Source: Octopus vulgaris | Lineage: Eukaryota | Direction: 5' to 3' | DNA: 64,000 nt | NCBI GenBank assembly: GCA_951406725.2 | Contig: OX597829.1 | Span: 19,654,001 to 19,718,000 of the forward strand | Shown here: positions 25,896 through 39,355 of the stretch, one piece after another | Layout of the letters: each line of letters begins with the position of its first letter | How positions within the stretch are numbered: position 1 is the first letter of the stretch | Program-made: the position numbers and the translations under genes | Notes under the pieces: model-generated | What the model saw: only the letters and a program-made list of their open reading frames with translations | Databases searched by the model: none | Told to the model about the DNA's origin: nothing

Positions 25896-27003
25896 ATACT
25901 GTCTGTCTTTTGTGGGTGTATATGTTTATGCATCTGTGTTTGTTGTCTCCCTACCACATAACTTTACAACTGCTAATGGTGCATTTACATCCCCGTAACC
26001 TAGCAGTTTGGCAAAAGAGACTGATAGAATAAGTACTAGGCTTACAAAGAATAAGTCCTGGGGTCGATTTGCTCAACTAAAGGCGGTACAAAATGACTGA
26101 AACAAGTAAAAGGAAAAGGGTAATAGAATATACATAGGTGTGTTTACACACAGACACATACATACATATATATATCAAACAGACAAACAGGAAATTGGAC
26201 ATTTTTTGGTATTATTTATTCACCTTTACACATCTTTCATTTGCTAATAAGAGTTACAGATGTGTTTCAAGAGGAAACAGCTAGGATTTACCCTAACTGC
26301 CTACATAATTATATATATATTTTGTTTTGGGATTTGGTTTGCAAGATTCTTTATGTGAGTTCGTGTGTTGAAGCATATTCTGTTGTGTCATTTTCTTTTT
26401 ATTGCCTTATTATTTAACACACTCACCAGTAAAATTTACACTTATTTCTTATTTTTATTTTGCGTCTTGCAACCTTTTCAATAGTCTTGACTCTGTCTGT
26501 TATTTACACTGCGTTCCTTTTTGTTTGTTTGTGTGTGTGTGCCTATGCATGCATGCATGTGCGTATGTGTGTGTGTATGTATGCACGTGTGTGTATGTAT
26601 ATATGTGTGTGTATGCATATGTATGTATGTATGTGTGTCCATCTGTATATATGTATTCTGTATATTCATGTGCTTGCCTGTCCATATTTGTGTATTTTCT
26701 ATGTGTGAGTGTGTGTTTGTATATGTATGCACCTCTATCTCCTTGTATGTGCATATCTGTGTGTGTGTGTGTTTTGCAACTATGTACCATGTTTGTATGT
26801 ATGGATGTGCATCTCTAAATGTGTGGACCTGTGTCTCCATATGTGTCCTTGTGTGAAGTAAAGTGTGTGTGTATATATGGTCATGTGTTTCAGTCTCCAT
26901 TTGCGTATGTTTGCTTGACTGTTCTTATAACCTATGTACCTATCCGTTTGTATGTTGATCTGTTTATTTTCAAATCCATATCCATATGTTTGTATGTAAG
27001 CAT

Positions 27004-27036
<33 letters not shown>

Positions 27037-28142
27037 TCATGTATGTATATATGTATGTATGTATATATATATATATATATATATAAATAAAAACTTACTT
27101 GGAGAAGAGAAATGACGCGTGCGTTCGGTCATATAATAACAATATAATAAATAAATAAAATATATGCATATATATACATACATATATGTACATACTTACA
27201 TCTACATGTATATATACAAGCATATATATATATATGCATACAGGACACCACAAATAAACATAGAACACAACGAGAAACGAAAACATAAAATCGAACAAGG
27301 AAACGGACTTTTTTTAACGACAAAACAGAGTACAGGACAAACAATACAAGGAAAATTCCCCTTCATCAGCTGACCCTGGTTCGACTCAATGCGTGTTTCA
27401 AAGGTATATATATATATATTTCATGATCATATGATTGATCATAATATCAGATGTTGTTATACATCATTGGTCACAATACATGTTGCATTGGTTTCGGCTT
27501 TTCCGTTATGTTACCCTACTGGCTAGGTGAGCAGGTCAGCATTTCCCCTGATCAGAAAGCTAGTCTGTCACACGGTTACCCATTTATTGGTGAGTGGACT
27601 GAGCAATGTGAAATGAAGTGTTTTGCTCAAGAGCACAATGTGCTTCCCACTCCAGAAATCAAACTTATGATATAACAATCATGAGTGCAACACCCAAACC
27701 AATATATATAAGTGTGTTGTGTGTGTGTGTGTGTGTGTAAATATAATGTATGCATAATGGGTAAAAGTAAGTCAAAAGATATATAAAATATATACAGACA
27801 GGTGCATGTTCACACTGGATCAAATACTTAAAGTTCCTTGTCAAATGGTGGGAGGCAAATCCAGGCAAAAGTTGGCAATATGCTGTGTTCATACTCTAAT
27901 ATGAGAGTTCAAACAATCCTTTACAGCTGTTTCTGGGGGTTTAGTGATCTGTAAAGTCCTCTCATGGTAGAAGGTGAGAGCGTAATAGAATAAAGGATAG
28001 TGAGATCAAAATAATATTAAGAGAGTGAGGGATATTTATAAAATAAGAAAAGGAGGCAAAAGAATACAAACTGCATAGATGGGAAAGATGAGAGAGTAGC
28101 TGTAGCAGTAATATAATGGTCAGTCATTCAAAAGGCAGCAAG

Positions 28143-28530
28143 ATGCAGGAATGGCTGTGTGGTAACAAGCTTGCTTCCCAACCACATAGTTCTGGGTTCA
28201 TTCCCACTGTATGTCACCTTGGGCAAGTGTCTTCAACTATAGCCTTCAGCCAACCAAAGCCTTGTGAGTGGATTTGGTAGGTGGACACTGAAGGAAGCCT
28301 GTCATATATATGTATGTGTATGTGAATGTATGTATGTGTTTTTGTTCCTCCACCATCGCTTGACACTGGTGTGCTTATGTCCCTGTCCCTTAGTGGTTCA
28401 GCAAAAGATACTGATAGAATAAGTGTTAGGCTTACAAAGAATAAATCCTGGGGTCAATTGCTTCAGCTAAAAGGCAGTGCTCCAGCATGGCCACTGTCAA
28501 GTGACTGAAACAAGGGAAAGAGTAAAAGGT
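28143..28530 (+). mobile_element. SINE family A
   Basis: Match to family A; further partial copies on the minus strand at about 28978-29040 and 29700-30012. Confidence 0.8.
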
Positions 28531-29811
28531 GACCCAGCAGAGGACTCTGTGATAGAGTGAAATATCAAATAAAAATAAAAAGCAATTTGGAGAAAAAATA
28601 GAAAAGGCCGACATGTCTCCTGCTAAGTGCCAGTCTGCCTGAATGTCTAGTTGCAAAGATGTTAAAAATCAGCCAAGTGTGCAAAAGTGTGGCAGCTCCA
28701 GTAAAGATTGAATAAAAAAAATGTAAATACAGATGATAGCTGAAAGATGATCGAGTTAGGGTGGTAAAGTCGGGATATATCAAATTAACAGGAATATAAT
28801 CACATGAATAATCATGTAAATAAAGTCTAAATGATGTAAACAAATATAGTTATAAGGTCCAATATCAGATTATGCTAAGGATAAAGTTGGAGAATTTGGA
28901 AGACCTTGCTAAGGCAGGTGGATACAAAAGAAGTAGTAGAAGTGAATAATTATTCAACTCAGGTGGAACATATTGGTATTCTTTTACTCTTTTGCTTGTT
29001 CCAGTCATTTGACTTTGGCCATGCTGGAGTACCACTTTGATATGATGGTAAAATAGAAACATTTAAAAAAGCAATGCTTGCTAAAGGTGGAAAAACAGCA
29101 GTAATTTCCTCTTAAAATCTCAGTATATTTGCTACTGAAATCACATGGAGTTCAGCCATCTTGATATAGCTTTCCCACTTTAATAATGGACGAAGTAACT
29201 AACATTGCCAGTGATATTACTGTTCTTATGACAGTGTATATGATTAGCCAATGAAGTAGAAGTTTTGCTTTTAGTAAAAGAAAATGAACTAATGTGAGAT
29301 AGAAATTGTATCTTAAAGTCGACAGGAGACCCTATTCAAATTTTAGTTAAACTCTGTCTGTTATGTATGGTGCATTCACAATCTACATTATACCACAAGC
29401 AATAACTGTTTAAAAGGCATTTATCAGGTATTCTAAAGTTACATATCTTTTTAGCCTGTATGAAATTGCAATTATCATTTTCTTATTGTTGTCATTCATG
29501 TTGATAGTTAAATTAGTATTTATATTACATGAACAAATATTAGCACCCAATATGCTGCTTTTATGATAAAACTACTGAAACTACAAGTAATACTAATGTG
29601 AATATAGCTAACAGTACAATCTAAAAGAATGGGCCCAGTAACATCCCTCTTTTCATTGCTCTAATTAATATAACTAATACAGCTGCTACTCTGTATTATT
29701 CTATTGGAGTCTTTTGCCGAGCCGCTAAATTACGGGGACATCAACACACCAGCATCAGTTGTCAAGCAATGTTGGGGGGACAAACACAGACACACAAATG
29801 TATATACATAC

Positions 29812-29853
<42 letters not shown>

Positions 29854-30257
29854 GATGGACTTCTTTTCAGTTTCCGTCTACCAAATCCACTCACAAGGCT
29901 TTGGTCGGCCCGAGGCTATGGTAGAAAACACTTGTCCAAGGTGCCACGCAGTGAGACTGAACCCAGAACCATGTGGTTGGTAAGCAAGCTACTTACCACA
30001 CAGCCACTCCTAGTACATGTATATTATTATAATTTCTACTCATAAATTTAATACCTGATTTAATGGGGTTGCATCATTGATGGTTTATGTTACTAATAAT
30101 CCACATGCTTTTCCTCACACTAGTATTACAACCTTTGTTTTCCATCTTGCTATCCAGGTTATACTTACTTCCTGAATTAGTCATTATTGTAATTACAATT
30201 AATGTTTTTTCCTAATCCTATTATCACTGTGAGATCCATAGTTAATTTTCTTTTTCC

Positions 30258-30334
<77 letters not shown>

Positions 30335-30364
30335 ATAGTAGTAGTAGTAGTAGTAGTAGTAGTA
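30258..30364. repeat. (ATT)n(AGT)n compound microsatellite
   Basis: Visible. Confidence 0.95.
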
Positions 30365-30630
30365 AGTCAGTGACCTGACATAATCATTAGCACAGTGACT
30401 GAAATGCTTAGGGGCATTTCGTCTGTCTTGCATTCTGAATTCAAATTCAAAGAGGTTGGCTTTGCCTTTCATCATTTCAGGGTCTATGAAATAAGTACCA
30501 GGTGAGCACTTGGGTCAATTGTAATCCTTCCTCCTAAATTTCAGTCCGTATGGCAATACATCACCACCACTACTGCTGTTATTTTAACTACTATTAGTAT
30601 AGTTGTTACTAGTGATATTATTACGATTAC

Positions 30631-30858
30631 TTATTTCTTTATTGCCCACAAGGGGCTAAACACAGAGGGGACAGACAAATGGATTAAGTCGATTACATTG
30701 ACCCCAGTGCGTAACTGGTACTTAATTTATCAACCCCGAAAGGATGAAAAGCAAAGTCGACCTTGGCGGAATTTGAACTCAGAACGAAACAGCAGACGAA
30801 ATACCGCTAAGCATTTCACCCACCCGGCGTGCTAATGATTCTGCCAGCTTGCCGCCTT
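30631..30858 (-). mobile_element. tRNA-derived SINE family B (Nin-domain-like)
   Basis: Reverse complement GGCGGCAAGCTGGCAGAATC...GAGTTCAAATTCC...TTTCATCCTTTCGGGGTTGATAAATTAAGTACC; TSD TATTATTACGA(T/C)TAC. Other copies at about 290-420, 30365-30560, 31195-31340, 49790-49930, 50997-51210, 54095-54310, 58505-58920. Confidence 0.82.
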
Positions 30859-31800
30859 ATTATTACGACTACTATCACTATCATGGTTATAACTATGTAA
30901 ATTGTATGGGCCAAGCTTACATCTAGTGGAGGTTACAATAATGGACATTATGTGAAATGAGGTAGAGTAGGAGAGTTTAATAGTTGATGTATTTAATATC
31001 ACTCGATATTTTATATGTCAACTATTAAATTCCCATCTTTATTACATCCAACATAGTGTCCATAATTGTCATCTCCAATAGACATAGACTCAGCCTACAC
31101 AACATATATTATTATAACCGTGATAGTAATCATAATAATACCTCTAGTTAAAATAGTTAAAATAATAATACTGACAACCGTATTAATAATAATGATGACT
31201 TCAACTTTTGACACAAGGCCAGCAATTTCAGGGCAACGTTAAGTTGATTACATCAACTCCAGTACTCATCTGGTACATGTCTTATCAACTCCGAAAAGAT
31301 GAAAGGTAAAGTCGACTGTGGTGGAATTTGAACTCAAATAATAATAATGATAATGATTTTGGTGATGACAATAAAAGCAATATATTGAATAAAAGTGCAT
31401 GATATATTAACATTAAGTATGATAGACAGTATTAGATTAAAATAGCCATCTATGTATTATACTTAGTGGAAAATTTACTGTAGTATTTATCCAGAGATAA
31501 TACTTCTTATTGATATGCTGTTTAAAAACTGCATTCATATTGAAGGGGGTGCAAAAATCATCCTATCAGCAATTAATGAAAATATTAGATGCATTTCTGT
31601 CTCATTGTGCAGTGTGAATAGTGTGCACTTAGAGCCAACCACATATTTAGATTAAATTTGTTGCCACTAATATCTTGGAAAACAGTGAATAAACATTCAC
31701 TGATGTTGCAAGTAGCTGCCTGGCTGGATAAAAATCTTGTATATGCAATAGAAGCAGTATTAGTCTAAAATAGCCATCTTAACTATATATATATATATAT

Positions 31801-32612
31801 CATCATCATCATCGTTTAACATCCGTTCTCCATGCTAGCATGGGTTGGACGGTTCGACCGGAGATCTGGGAAGCCAGAAGGCTGCACCAGGCTCCAGTCT
31901 GATCTGGCAGTGTTTCTACAGCTGGATGCCCTTCCTAACGCCAACCACTCCGTGAGTGTAGTGGGTGCTTTTTATGTGCTACCGGCACAGGTGCCAGGCA
32001 AGGCCGGCAACGGCCACGATCGGATTGGTGCTTTTTACATGCCACCGGCACAGAAGCCAGTCAAGGTGGAGCTGGCATCGCCCACGTTCGGATGGCGCTT
32101 TTTACGTACCACCGGCACGGAAGCCAGTTTAGGCGGCGCTGGCATCGACCACGTTCGGATGGTGCTTTTTACATGCCACCGGCACAGGGATCATAACTGC
32201 AGTTTCCATTGATTTTTGATGTTGGTGTACTTGACTCAATGGATCTCCTCAAGCACAGGGTCGAAATAGTGCTTCTTTACTTACCACCTGCACATGAGTC
32301 AGTCCTGCGGCCCTGGCAACTGCCGGGTGCCAGTCATAGGATTGGTTCAATTTCGATTCCGATTTTACTTGCCCCAACAGGTCTTCGCAAGCAGAGTTTA
32401 ATGTCCAATGAAGGGAGGTTGGCATGGGTGCCTGTCATCGGATGAGGTTCGATTTCGACTTCGCTTGCCGCAACAGGTCTTCGTGTGTTCAAGGGAAGGA
32501 AAGGCATGCATAAGTAGGTTGGCTGGGGTGGACTCACTTGTCCTGCCGGGTCTTCTCACACACAGCATATTTCCAAAGGTCTCGGTCGCTAGTCATTGCC
32601 TCGGTGAGGCCT
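31801..32612 (-). mobile_element. RTE 3' fragment with full 3' UTR
   Basis: GLTEAMTSDRDLWKYAVCEKTRQDK, UTR and (CAT)n. Confidence 0.87.
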
Positions 32613-32684
32613 GTATATATATATATAGATAGATAAATAGATAGATAGATAGGCAGATGGATGTACATATGTATATATAAACAC

Positions 32685-32717
<33 letters not shown>

Positions 32718-32721
<4 letters not shown>

Positions 32722-32890
32722 TAATACCCAGTTTCATGAAACTGGGTATTAGTATTTTGGGTCAATAACTGATGAAAAATTAGGGTCCTGGTGTCTATCC
32801 TTCGTATATGTTTTGTAGTATTTAATGCATTTTTCATTTACGGAATAACTGAATGCCAAACATCCCAACTTTCATTAACAGTAAGTTCAT
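32718..32890. mobile_element. DINE/HINE-like fragment starting with a perfect 38-bp palindrome
   Basis: ATACTAATACCCAGTTTCA|TGAAACTGGGTATTAGTAT at 32718-32755; resembles the ATACCC...GGGTAT terminal hairpins of DINE-1-type elements. Confidence 0.4.
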
Positions 32891-33415
32891 ATATATATAT
32901 ATATATATATAATTATTTTTATAGTTTTTTTTTTAGAAAAATATTACAAATACGGTGATGAAATTTTGTGAGAGCACTTCTTAGGGTCACTTTCCTTGCC
33001 TGAGATATACTTCTCTGAGCATTCCTATAAGAGCCAGAAATGAACTGCTGGCATGGGTTGGATGGTTCAACAGGAGACAGAGAGCCAAAGAACTGCACCA
33101 AATTCCAGCGTCTGCTTTGGCATGATTTCTACAGCTAGATACTCTTCCTAACACCAACCATTTAACTTAAGTGCACCGAGTTCTTTTTTTTGTGACACCA
33201 ATGCCTTTGGGGTCAGTTAGTAATTTGCAAGACAAGATTCTTCAACTTAAGTGATTGGGAGTAGTATTGAGAGAGATGGCCTTATGCCTAGTGATGAGCA
33301 GCATATGCCTTATGTCTAGTGATGAGATGTCAAAGCATGATAGAGGGAGGTACATGGTTACCACAATTGAGAAAGAGAGAAAACATTGGTGAAAATGTAT
33401 CAGGAAGATGAATAT

Positions 33416-33828
33416 AGGCGCAGGAGTGGCTGTGCGGTAAGTAGCTTGCTAACCAACCTCATGGTTCCGGGTTCAGTCCCACTGCGTAGCATCTTGGGCA
33501 AGTGTCTTCTGCTACAGCCCCGGGCCGACCAATGCCTTGTGAGTGGATTTGGTAGACTGAAACTGAAAGAAGCCTGTCGTATATATATATATATATGTAT
33601 GTGTGTGTTTGTGTGTCTGTGTTTGTCCCCCTAGCATTGATTGACAACCGATGCTGGTGTGTTTATGTCCCTGTTACTTAGCGGTTCGGCAAAAGAGACC
33701 AATAGAATAAGTACTGGGCTTACAAAGAATAAGTCCCGGGGTTGAGTTGCTCGATTAAAAAGGCGGTGCTCCAGCATGACCGCAGTCAAATGACTGAAAC
33801 AAGTAAAAGAGTAAAAGAGTAAAGAGTA
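33416..33828 (+). mobile_element. SINE family A, young full-length copy
   Basis: GGCGCAGGAGTGGCTGTGCGGTAA...AAGTAAAAGAGTAAAAGAG; very similar to 48282-48693. Confidence 0.88.
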
Positions 33829-36800
33829 TAAGAGAAGTGGTATGGTTGGGTAAGTTACCAGAGTGTGAAAGGAGAGTGATAGATGGAAAGAGATAGAGAT
33901 AGAGGGAAATGCAGTGAACTGTGAAGATGGGTAGAGACGTGGTCTCTTGTGAATATCAATTTGAGAGGAGGAAGAAAATATGGGTCACAGAGATAATAGA
34001 TCCTTTTTGTGTTGTAACGTCTCGTAGGCCCAGTTACCGGGTTTCTGTGGTGTGTATATTCCCCCACTGGATGGGATGCCAGTCTATCACAGGATTACTC
34101 ACTTTTACCAGCTGAGTGAACTGGAGCAACATGAAATAAAGTATCTTGCTCAAGGACACAACATGTCACCTGGTCCAGGAATCAAAACTACAATCTTACA
34201 ATCATGAGTCCAGCACCCTAACTACCAAGCCACACAGCTCCACATACAGGTAATAGGTGGTAGCAAAGACGATGTGAAGTATATGGGAGTGGACTGTGGG
34301 AGAAATGCACAGTGCCAAAAATGGCAAAAGAGTAAAAGAGTAATACTTTTGTATGCAGTGGTCATCCTCTATATGCTTCACATGTCCATACCAGCACAGT
34401 CTCCTTGAAATAGTAGTATTCTGGCATTCATGCACACTAACATTACACATTCATCAGAGCATGTTTGCTTTGCTTCTTTCTAGTCTTTGCAAATCTTCTA
34501 CACTCAAGGCTTATCTTACTATCATGCAACATTGCAATTCTAATGCAAAGGCATGTTTCAATTAGAATCTTTGATCAAGTCACAGCTATAGTAAAAGGAT
34601 ACTTTGTCAATAGGCTGTGCAGTTGGATCACATGTGAAATCATTGCAAAGTGAGTTCGTTAATCACTTAGCTAAAACCATTGCAATTTAAGGAAATTATT
34701 GTTACGCCAATTTTGAATCATTATGGAAGGGGGACACAATCTATAGTGTCGACTTCACTTATACTGGATACAAAAGAGTCTCTTCGCAGATTCTTCAAGT
34801 ACAAGAAATGGCAACCAAATTGCCTCAAATGACATCTTTACTGTCTTAAGAGATACTTTTGATTATATCACAGAATCTCTCAGAAAAGAAAGACTGAGTG
34901 AGGAGAGATGGGAAGTGAAAACAGGTCTAGAAGCAGGAAAACAACAAATTATTCTCTCTCTCTCTCTCTCTCATATGACTCAGTATTTTAATTGAAATGG
35001 AAGTTGTTTTTTTATTCTCTTTTGTATGCTGTTGTTTGGTCCCAAGTTAGACCTGATATAATCAAGAATATTTCTAGGACAATGTCTAATATGCTCTTTT
35101 TCTTAAGACAGTAAAGGTGTTATTTGAGGCAAGTTGGTTGCTATTTCTACCATTTGATTGCTATGTCTATCGTTTGGTTGCTATGTCTATCATTCTACTA
35201 TGAATTTTTGTACTCTGAAAGCATTAAAACAGATCCTGTTCTGTCAACTTAATCTCTGTGTCAAAACACTACTTCACTCATCTAGCAATGTTAACCAAAT
35301 GTCCATATCACTGCAATCGTCTCCTTCGAATACAATAATCATAATTTTTTTTCTGTTTCATTCTGTCTGTCAAGTTTTTTTATTCAGCCGATTTATTTCT
35401 CTACGTATTGTCACTTGTCTCCTACAGAACCAAGTGAATAGGGAATCAGTGCTCCACTGCATGGATGCTGTTGGCTGCTGTCCTTTTCTTAGTCATGAGT
35501 CAACCAGTAGTTTAGTTGTGAAATTATTTCTAGTTCTGTGCATGATTATGTCCAGGCTTTTCATTGTTTGATAGGCTGGAGGATTATTATTACTTTGGTT
35601 GGAAACAGGTGAAGGTTGGCATCAGGAAGGGCCTCCATTCTCCAGTATAGTTTTGTCTAACCCATGCATGTAGGAAAAAGTAAACAGTAAAAAGAAAGAT
35701 GATAACATGCATACATACATATACATGCATGTACACACATTCACACACACTTCTCTGGGATTGGTCAAGTGATGTAAACACTTCTAATGAGACCTTGATA
35801 CTATGTGGAGTGGATTTTCCCTGTTGACAGGCAGCTGTTATTAGATAAAGTGCTAAACACTTATAAGTATACAAATTAGCAGCTCCAGTTTTCTGGAGCT
35901 GCTAGATTCGATGTGTATATAATGGAGTGAGTACTTGTTTTTCTGGGATTAGCCAAGTGATGTAGACACCAGACAAAAACCCAATAAGGGTTGGAAACCA
36001 ATTAAAGCTCTTCATAATTTTTTCAGTCTACACAGAAATAGGTAAATTTGAAATGTTTGTAGGTTTACACATACATGCACACACATACACCATTCTTTAC
36101 AGTACTGGATTAACCATTAAACAAAATAAGCACATGCTGAGGACAGTAAGAGAAGTGGGGCGCCACAGAAATGGTAAATGGTTTACAGTATTAAAAAAAT
36201 TGCTTTAAACTTGCTAAAATAATATTCGGGATGCCTTTATTTCTACTAAGTATAGAAGCAGATGTATTGCATGAGATTAATTTTCAGGAGCTGATCAAAA
36301 ACTGCAATTAAAAAAGTGGGAGAATACTTTATTTTAAATTCCATATATATGGGGGCACCAAAATCTTTTAAGTGCACAGGGCCTCTGTGAGACTTAATCC
36401 GGCTCTGATTCTTTATATAAGGATAAAATTTCTTTACACTTTTATTCCTAAATCATAGTACTTGCCTAAGCGTATGCCTTCATTGTTTACCCATAATAGT
36501 TGAGGCAAGAGGGCCTTAACACAGTTATTCAACAACTTGGAATAGCAGCCAAATCTACTCCTTCAGACAACACCTACTATTTAAAAAAAAAAACACATTT
36601 GGGAAAGGGTCATCTGGGCTACTGTGCCACACTTGCAAACAAAGTGGAATGATCATGGCTGGAATGTCTTTTATCATCAGTCTGCTTGATCAGGGAAGGA
36701 TGTGTGCTAAGAAAAAATACTTTAGATATTCTATTATCACTGTTTTCTTCCATGTTTCCTTTAGAAGCTCATATCATTAACAAGAAGTTGTTTCATTATT

Positions 36801-36863
36801 TAATGTATGAGCTTTTTGACAGGAATTTAATCTTTGAGCTTTTAAAATGTTCCAGCATATGTT

Positions 36864-37090
36864 TTAACCCTTTTGCTACCATATTTCTGTTGAAATGAAC
36901 TGTCTATGTTTCAATTAATTTTGAAAATAATGAAGAAATAACTGTAATTATTTAACTGGTAATTAGGATATAAATGACATGAAATTTTGAAGGAAGATTT
37001 TAATATAGATCAATTTAAACAAGAAACTTGAATCATAGAACCAAGAGCAGTCTTGGGCTATCTTGGATGGATTGGTATCAAAAGGTTTAA
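36864..37090. mobile_element. piggyBac-like MITE
   Basis: TTAACCCTTTTGCTACC...GGTATCAAAAGGTTTAA termini. Confidence 0.6.
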
Positions 37091-37423
37091 AGACTGCACA
37101 CCAGAAAGCAAATATCCATATCTCAGTTAATGACTTCCAGTCTACAGAACAAAGTATCATCAAATAGAAACTTCATTATCCTGTATTGTTATTCTGCATT
37201 AGCTTTCTTTTATTACTAGGCATCATCTGAATGTAACCCACATTTGTTTTCATTATACTTTATAGTTTCTATGGCTTTTCAAATCATATTTTCATTATTG
37301 CCTTACACATTGCCCAGTTTCTTACCTTTGTCTGATAGTAAGCTCTCTCTAAGCTACCAACCTTTTAACCTCTTGTAATGAATCTTAAGTCTGTTTTCAC
37401 TCACAGTTGCAGAGCATGTAGAC

Positions 37424-37749
37424 CAGTGGTTCTTAACTGGGGTCCATATAGTCCTTAGGAGTCCATATAACTCTTTGGGCTCAGTATAGCCCTTTGGACT
37501 CAATATAGCCCTTAAGGATCTATATAAGATTTTGTTGTTAAAGTTTATGTGCAATAAATTAGTTTTACTTTCACAATGCCCAAAATATTTTAACAAATTT
37601 TTTATACAATTCCTAATAATATTTAAGTTCAAAAATTTAATAAATTTTTTTTAAACATTTAAAAAAATATTTTAAGCATTGAGGGTACATCTGAGTAAAA
37701 TAGGAGTCAAAGCAGTTCACAGGCAAAAAAAAATGGTTGAGAACCACTG
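37424..37749. mobile_element. hAT MITE (same family as 2092-2318, 6263-6568 and 57345-58147)
   Basis: CAGTGGTTCTTAAC...GGTTGAGAACCACTG TIRs. Confidence 0.75.
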
Positions 37750-37996
37750 ATGAAGACAAAGAACTCCTTTGTAGACCCTTTAATATATAAAAAAAAATTA
37801 TTAATCTATTTTATTTTTTAAAAAATGGTATTTAGCCTGGAGTTAAAAAGAAATTACTAAAAACAACTGCCAAAAATTTCTTTGCAGTTGTTTCATCAGA
37901 AATCATCTTTTATAATTAATTAATCACTTCTTAAACATATTTCATAAAAGTTTATATATTGTCCCTGAATTCTTTTAGTTATTTATTAATTTTCAG

Positions 37997-38146
37997 GTGG
38001 TCCATATTCTGTATTCGCTGGTCGTGATGCTTCCAGAGCATTGGCATGTTTCTCTGTGTCTGCTATCAAAGATGGCTATGATGATCTCAGTGACTTAACA
38101 TCTAGTCAAATGAACCAAATACATGAATGGGATATGCAATTGACCG
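37997..38146 (+). CDS. PGRMC1: PGRMC exon 2
   Basis: Acceptor TTTTCAG|; translates GGPYSVFAGRDASRALACFSVSAIKDGYDDLSDLTSSQMNQIHEWDMQLT (heme-ligand Tyr motif GPY, AGRDASR, YDDLSDL); 150 nt, phase 1/1; donor G|GTAATA. Confidence 0.95.
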
Positions 38147-38879
38147 GTAATAGTTTTCAATTGATTAATTTATTTTTATTTTACTGAGCTTCTATAAGAC
38201 CTCTTTGTTTTGTTTTTTTTTTTATTTTTAAACCTCACTTTAATAGACAGATCTTTTACTGGTTTCAGTCATTGGACTGTAACCATGCTGGGGCAACACC
38301 TACAAATCAGTCCCCATACTTTTTTTGTTTAAAGTCTGGTACTTATTCTACCTCTATTTGATTCTTTTGCTGAATAACTAAATCACAGGGACATTACCAA
38401 ACCAATACCAGTTGTCAGTGATTGGGTGGTAACGGATGGACACATGCACCCTCCCACATACACTTATGTATGATGAGCTTCCATACACTCTCTATGTGCC
38501 AAATTCGTTCACAAGACATTGGTTAGTCAGGAACTATAATATAAGACACTTGTCCAGGACTGAACCCCAAATCATGTGGTTGTAAAACAAGATTCTTAAC
38601 CACAAAGTCATACCTGCGCATAGATAGAACATCATGTCAGTTGCTTAATTTTCAAGAGAGAAAGAAATATGAGTTGCAATGTTGAAAAGCAGTTCTTCAT
38701 TTCTCCATCCTCAGATGTTCTTTTTTGCTCAGTAATCAAACTTGGATTACCTTATATTCAATTGAACATTAAGATTACGTATGAAAGTTTCAAATTAGAA
38801 AATAACAAAATTATGATTCAATTATCTTATTTTTATATTAAATAATCATAGGTAAAAATTAAGAAAAATTAACTTATTT

Positions 38880-39224
38880 TATCTTTTACTTGCTTCAGTC
38901 ATTGGACTATGGCCATGCTGTGGCATCACAGCCAAACAAATCAACCCTAGTACTTATGCTTTTAAGCCTGGTAACTTATTCTATTGGTTTCTTTTGCTGA
39001 ACCACTCAGTTATGGGGATGTAAATACATAAACACCAATTATCACATGCACATATATGATGGCTTTCTTTCAGTTTCTATCTTCCAAATCAACTCAAGAC
39101 TTTGGTTAGCCTGAGGTTGTAGTAGAAGGCACTTGCCCAAGGTGCCATGTAGTTGGTCTGAAGCTGGAACCATGTGACTGAGACGCAAACTTCTTACCAC
39201 ACAGCCACACCATGCTTGTGCCTA
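38880..39224 (-). mobile_element. SINE family A (another copy at about 38250-38620)
   Basis: Reverse-complement match; head abuts the 5S pseudogene terminator. Confidence 0.78.
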
Positions 39225-39235
39225 TAAAATGTGAG

Positions 39236-39355
39236 ATGCTTATAGCGCCTAGGTTTTCCAAGCGGTCACCCATCTGAGTAGTAACTAGGCTTGACATTGC
39301 TGAACTTTGGTGATCAGGCAAGAACTGGTGCATTCAATATAACATGGTTTTAAGC
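39236..39355 (-). pseudogene. 5S rRNA pseudogene (full length, about 120 nt) antisense in PGRMC intron 2
   Basis: Reverse complement GCTTAAAACCATGTTATATTGAATGCACCAGTTCTTGCCTGATCACCAAAGTTCAGCAATGTCAAGCCTAGTTACTACTCAGATGGGTGACCGCTTGGAAAACCTAGGCGCTATAAGCAT aligns to metazoan 5S (GATCACC, GATGGGTGACCGC, terminal GCTTA/TAAGC stem); many differences are CpG->TpG/CpA; T4 run 6 nt downstream. Confidence 0.88.

Noticed and set aside
27345-27404. Minus-strand CCTTT-GAAA...CAG-CTGATGA-AGGGG as a type II hammerhead
   Set aside because: Stem II is possible but stems I and III could not be paired convincingly; probably a degraded repeat.
33416-33490. SINE heads as tRNA genes
   Set aside because: A and B boxes are present but there is no complete cloverleaf, and they continue into SINE bodies.
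37861-37900. 10-bp hairpin AAACAACTGC/GCAGTTGTTT next to a minus-strand CTGATGA, about 100 nt before exon 2
   Set aside because: No GAAA/UH half, so not a ribozyme; too short to argue for splicing control.
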